64,000 nt of DNA, from the NCBI GenBank assembly GCA_016906335.1, contig JADEYG010000012.1, positions 124,001 through 188,000 on the forward strand. Reading direction: 5' to 3'. The notes beneath the pieces were generated by a model. That model worked only from the letters and a program-made list of their open reading frames with translations, searched no databases and had not been told where the DNA came from. Positions 59,550 to 64,000 of the stretch are shown piece by piece; position 1 is the stretch's first letter; each line of letters begins with the position of its first letter. The DNA comes from Novakomyces olei (lineage: Eukaryota). The position numbers and the translations under genes were made by a program.

Positions 59550-61432
59550 TCAACCTTCTTTATCGTAAGCCCGTTCCCGTGTAATACTTGCCACCGCAAC
59601 TTCATCTCCTTCGTGGATTTCGGATCCGTACTCGTACTGTTTGCGAGCTCCAAATATCCACCATAAACTGAAAATAATAGTGAACCCGCCCCACAGCAAA
59701 CAGGCATAATTCATTGTCTGTGCATCTGTCGGCAGAGCCGTTGGGAAGGAATAAATTACGAACCAAGCCATCATGTATCCACAGGCAATAGCGTTGAAGA
59801 CGAACCCGATGATGCCCTTGAGACGGAACGGTCCATATTTCCGAATATTCTTTCGGCCAGTCAAAAGGTTGGGCAAGATTGTAACTATATAGGAAGAGGA
59901 TGACATGAGTACAAAAGAACCCACAAACGCGTTGAAGGCAGTCAAACTGCCGACGTAAATAGCCCCGAGCACAGTCACCAATAGGGCATTAAAGATAGTG
60001 GAATAAATGGGGACACTAAACCGCCGTGAAACATGGCCAAAGAAACGAGGGAAAGGGGTAGCTCCGTCACGTGCAAGAGCCCAAAACGTTCTCCCACTTG
60101 TGATATACAAGCCAACGACACAGATGGCAATGCAGACAAGAATTAGTGACAAAAGCCCAATTGCTCCAGCAGAGGACCCTGTAGCCTGATGGTATATTTC
60201 AGCGATTGGGTACGGAGAGTTGAAGAGGGCATCGTAGTCATTAATAGCATACATGATCGCGATAAGGTAAGCGAGGCCAGTAACGAACCCAGTGGCCATT
60301 TGACAAAGAATAGCCAGCGGCACATTGACCCTAGGGTTTGGGATTTCTTCTGCCAAGTGAGAAGTAACATCGGGAGTGCCCACAGAGTAAGCGCCATTCA
60401 GCATACCCGCGACAAACACAAAGCCATTCGGGTATCCAATGTCAGCAGACCAGTCGCTCCATACGAACGAGTCGGAAGCATGACCAGAACCACCGTCGCG
60501 GCCAGGAAGAACAGCTCTAGATATGAGAATATGATTAAATATAATATTAAAATATAATATTAAAATAGATTTATTTAAAAACAAAAATATAGAAATAGAA
60601 AAATAGAAAAACAGAAAAGTAGAAAATATAAAAACCAAAAAGAAAAATAAGAAATACAATAATTTAAAAAATAACAAATGATCGAAAATAAAGAGGGAGG
60701 CAAGAAACTAAGAGATGGAGAAGCAAAAGCGTGCCTAGCCAGCTGCAAATAAAAACATAGGGTCAAGTACATACACGACGACGATTGTCACTACGAATCC
60801 AGCGACGATAAAGAACAGTCCGATATGGTTGAGTAAAGGCATAGCCCTATTGGCAAAGCAAACCGAAAAGCAAGCGATCCAAGTGAATATAACGTATACG
60901 ACAAACGTGTGCCATCGCTGAGCCACAAATTCAGGGTGCCGCAGCACGTACATTTGTATAACTGTGCTGGCAAGGATTGACGTCATCGAGGCGGCGCCCA
61001 GAACCCAGGCGAGCCAGTTCCAGTAGCCAGCATAGAACCCGCAAACACGGCCCCAGCGCTTGCCCGCCGTCACTGAGGCCCATTGGTAAACCCCGGCAGA
61101 CGAAGGGATCGCGGAGGCCAATTCGGCGATGCTTGCTGCCACGATCCAGTAGCAAACAGAGACAGCAATAAACTCGTAAATTACGCCTATTGTCAACTAG
61201 CCCGCCTTATTATGAGCTTACCCGGTGCTCCTCCATTGAAAAGGGCCACAAGAATAGACCCGCCAAGAGCGGGCCAAACGTTGCCCACGGTTAAGCCAAC
61301 ACCAGCGAGCGAAAAGATACCAAAGTTGCGCTCAACTTGTTGGATATGACCCGACTCGTTTATAACTTGGTCCTGAACAGTGCGCTGTCCATCGTCTGCC
61401 GACGCAACTTTTACCGCCTCTAAATTATCCAT
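59550..61432 (-). CDS. APC-superfamily choline/GABA-type permease (3 exons)
   Basis: ERNFGIFSL, AELASAIPSSAGVYQW, HLAEEIPNPRVNVP, SGRTFWALARDG and MNYAC; about 12 TM helices. Confidence 0.9.
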
Positions 61433-62194
61433 TGCAAAATTGGGTCCCCGTCCCGTTCAACGCGACTCTCACTGCCCACATTTGCACGAGACTGGCAGGT
61501 TTATATACTGGCAAAGAAACATTGACATGTCGGCAAATACTATATGATGAAATGCGCTCTATACAGTGCAATGGCCTGCCTCATTGGGCAGATGAAAGGT
61601 CCTATTTGCCGACGCGTCCATGATTTAACCGCTCTTTATTCTCGGTACCATCGTATTTAGGCGCTCTATAATATTTGGTCCGTAAACTTGGCATTGTGTG
61701 AGGTCACAATGGATACAGTCGACACTCGAAAAAAGGCCCAAAATTTTTGGTGTACGTTCAAGGGTACTCGATTTGCACGATAATTTCTCGATATATCTCG
61801 ACTGTAATCCCGTTTGGCCTCTTACTGTATAATTCATATACTCTTGTACTTTTCTTTCTCCGTTTAACGAAACGGAATCTGGTACGAATAAATAAAAATA
61901 TTCTGTTAATCGTATCGCTGTGCCGTTATCAGTATAAAGAGTGGATTAGTGATTAATTAGATATCGCTATCGCTGAGCTATAAATTATTTAGATAAGAAC
62001 GCAGCAAGTTCGAGTATGCGATCAACGGCGCAAGACAAATAGGGCCAAGGCCGTTTGGACTGTGCGGGTAAGGCTTGGCCTGAGCCAGCAAATGCAGTTT
62101 ATTCATCAAATACCTTTGACATGCCAAAATAATTCTAGTTAATTCTAATACTGGTCTCAGGACCCTGCTGCCGATTTCAAGGGGCAACTTTGCT

Positions 62195-62545
62195 TCAAGG
62201 CTTTGGCCGCAGAAATTCATCAACAACCTCGCGAAACTCGTTTGGCTGTTCTGCATGAACCCAGTGGCCAGTCGGCAGATCACTTAAACGGAAACATGGA
62301 AAGTACTTTCCGATAACAGGAAGCGCTTCGTCCGTAACATATTTTGAGCGTGTACCGCGTATAAACAGCGCCGGGCCCTTGTACTGTTTGCCCAACAAGT
62401 CGTGTGGAAAATCAAACACTCCATGCAAGTATTTCATTAAAATATCGAGCGGTAAACGGTTCTGCAGACAATCTTTTTCGCTGTCGTATTGCAAATTTGT
62501 TAACAGAAACTGTCGAACCACCAAATCCTAAAGGACAGAATTAGT

Positions 62546-62617
<72 letters not shown>

Positions 62618-63397
62618 AAAAAGATCAACTAGTACCGACTCTGTTTTCGCTAGAATAGCATCGGCCTCTGAGCGCCGTGATACACGAGCTTTGTCAATTT
62701 CTTGTAATGCCCGTAAATGCCGCGCTGCATCAGACGATAACTCGGCGTCAATAGGCGCATTATCCACGATCACGGCTGCACTCACAAGCTCCGGATGACG
62801 TAAAGCCACCACCATTGCCGTCTTTGCTCCCCTAAGGCGTAAGTTTGTAAAACATCCAAACAAATTCCAGCAAGTGAGAAAAAAAAACGACGAGACAGGG
62901 CATCGTAGCGTAGGCCAAACGTCGGACACGGTAGAGTGGAGTACATAGTAAGAGCGAATAAAAGATCCCTCAACTACAGACTGAAAATCGAATAAAAAAC
63001 CAGTAAATTACAGACGGCTTACATGGAATGGCCGAGTAAAACTGCCCGGCCCAGTTTGTGGTCTTGTATAAAGCGCTGAATATCCTCTGCCATTGCGGTA
63101 TACGTGTGCGGCTCCTGACGGGGACTTTCGCCGTGGTTACGAAGGTCCTTTACGTATAAGCACGCTTAGTCTTGCACCGCTTACCACACAGTAGATATCG
63201 CGGTCCAGATCGCGGCAAAACTGTTTCGACAACGAGGCCCAGTTACGTTTTGATCCAAACAGGCCGTGCATAATAACGACAGGCTCTGCTATTTTCGCTT
63301 CTGCTCGTATAACATTATAGCTTAACGGCACAGTCGAAACACTGCGCCGAAAGGATATTGTCGCGTCACGTGCAAACCGGTATCGGCCACGAATCAT
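62195..63397 (-). CDS. Mitochondrial alpha/beta-hydrolase, ABHD11/Imo32-like (4 exons)
   Basis: HGLFGSKRNW, RNHGESP, the GHSM/GAK nucleophile motif split by an intron, VDNAP, RQFLLTNL and GHWVHAEQP. Confidence 0.9.
62546..62618. repeat. (AAAG)n intronic microsatellite
   Basis: Direct observation. Confidence 0.94.
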
Positions 63398-63433
63398 ACT
63401 CTTCAGTCGCAGTCTGATAGCGATAGTGCTCTC

Positions 63434-63540
63434 TATTCAATTATTCAATTATTCAATTATTCAATTATTCAATTATTCAATTATTCAATTATTCAATTAT
63501 TCAATTATTCAATTATTCAATTATTCAATTATTCAATTAT
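63434..63540. repeat. (TTATTCAA)n 8-bp repeat, about 13 copies; an (AT)n tract follows at ~63578-63607
   Basis: Direct observation. Confidence 0.96.
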
Positions 63541-63575
63541 ATATTGTATATATTGCAATCCACTATCTGATGGCG

Positions 63576-63610
<35 letters not shown>

Positions 63611-63714
63611 ATACATTTGTGAATATTTTATATACGCAGCTATTAAATTATTCGCGATAAAATTAAAGCCAGAATAATTTGGCAGTCCAAGAATTTATTC
63701 GTTTTGCAGGCGTA

Positions 63715-64000
63715 ATGAGCGAGCGGTCGGTCATCAAAGTTCCGGCCACATCGGCCAATATCGGCCCGGGATTTGACGTAGTAGGATTAGCGCTTGATTT
63801 GTCGCTGCAATTGTACGTTCAAGTTGATCGGAGCGCAGCTTCAACGGCACCATTGAACTGCGAGATTGCTTACGAGGGCGAAGGTGCCGACGATGTACCA
63901 CTCGTGGCAGACGCGAATCTCGTAACGCAGACGGCACTCTATGTTCTACGCTGCCACGGGCAGCGCAGTTTTCCGGGACACACGCGGGTTCGGATAGTGA
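63715..64000 (+). CDS. THR1: Homoserine kinase, 5' part (runs off the window; not in the ORF track)
   Basis: [27 protein letters not shown]...[13 protein letters not shown]. Confidence 0.93.
   Translation, partial: MSERSVIKVPATSANIGPGFDVVGLALDLSLQLYVQVDRSAASTAPLNCEIAYEGEGADDVPLVADANLVTQTALYVLRCHGQRSFPGHTRVRIV

Overview
This is gene-dense, intron-containing eukaryotic DNA from an ascomycete fungus. Short GT-AG introns with CTAAC/CTAAT-type branch points and fission-yeast-like proteins suggest an early-diverging, Taphrinomycotina-like lineage (inference). There are about 33 protein genes, mostly housekeeping: TIP41, an F-box protein, ARL8, SDH7, RPA135, SHR3, OST1, PKR1, MED14, GET3, MOG1, SCJ1, ISC1, NOP10, a WD40 protein, PIG-A/SPT14, a SIZ-type SUMO ligase, ADE5,7 and THR1. 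The window also holds a tandem aldo-keto reductase pair, a small secreted protein, two orphan ORFs and many long micro/minisatellites. The standout is an intronless ~1000-aa ORF (48037-51042). It carries a P-loop polynucleotide-kinase-like domain, a 2H phosphoesterase and a Trl1-like ATP-dependent RNA ligase, in the order kinase-2H-ligase. That is a complete RNA heal-and-seal toolkit, permuted relative to canonical fungal tRNA ligase (ligase-kinase-CPDase). No tRNA, rRNA, CRISPR array or intact transposon was recognised. Exon boundaries were read by eye and family assignments are from motif recall, not database searches.
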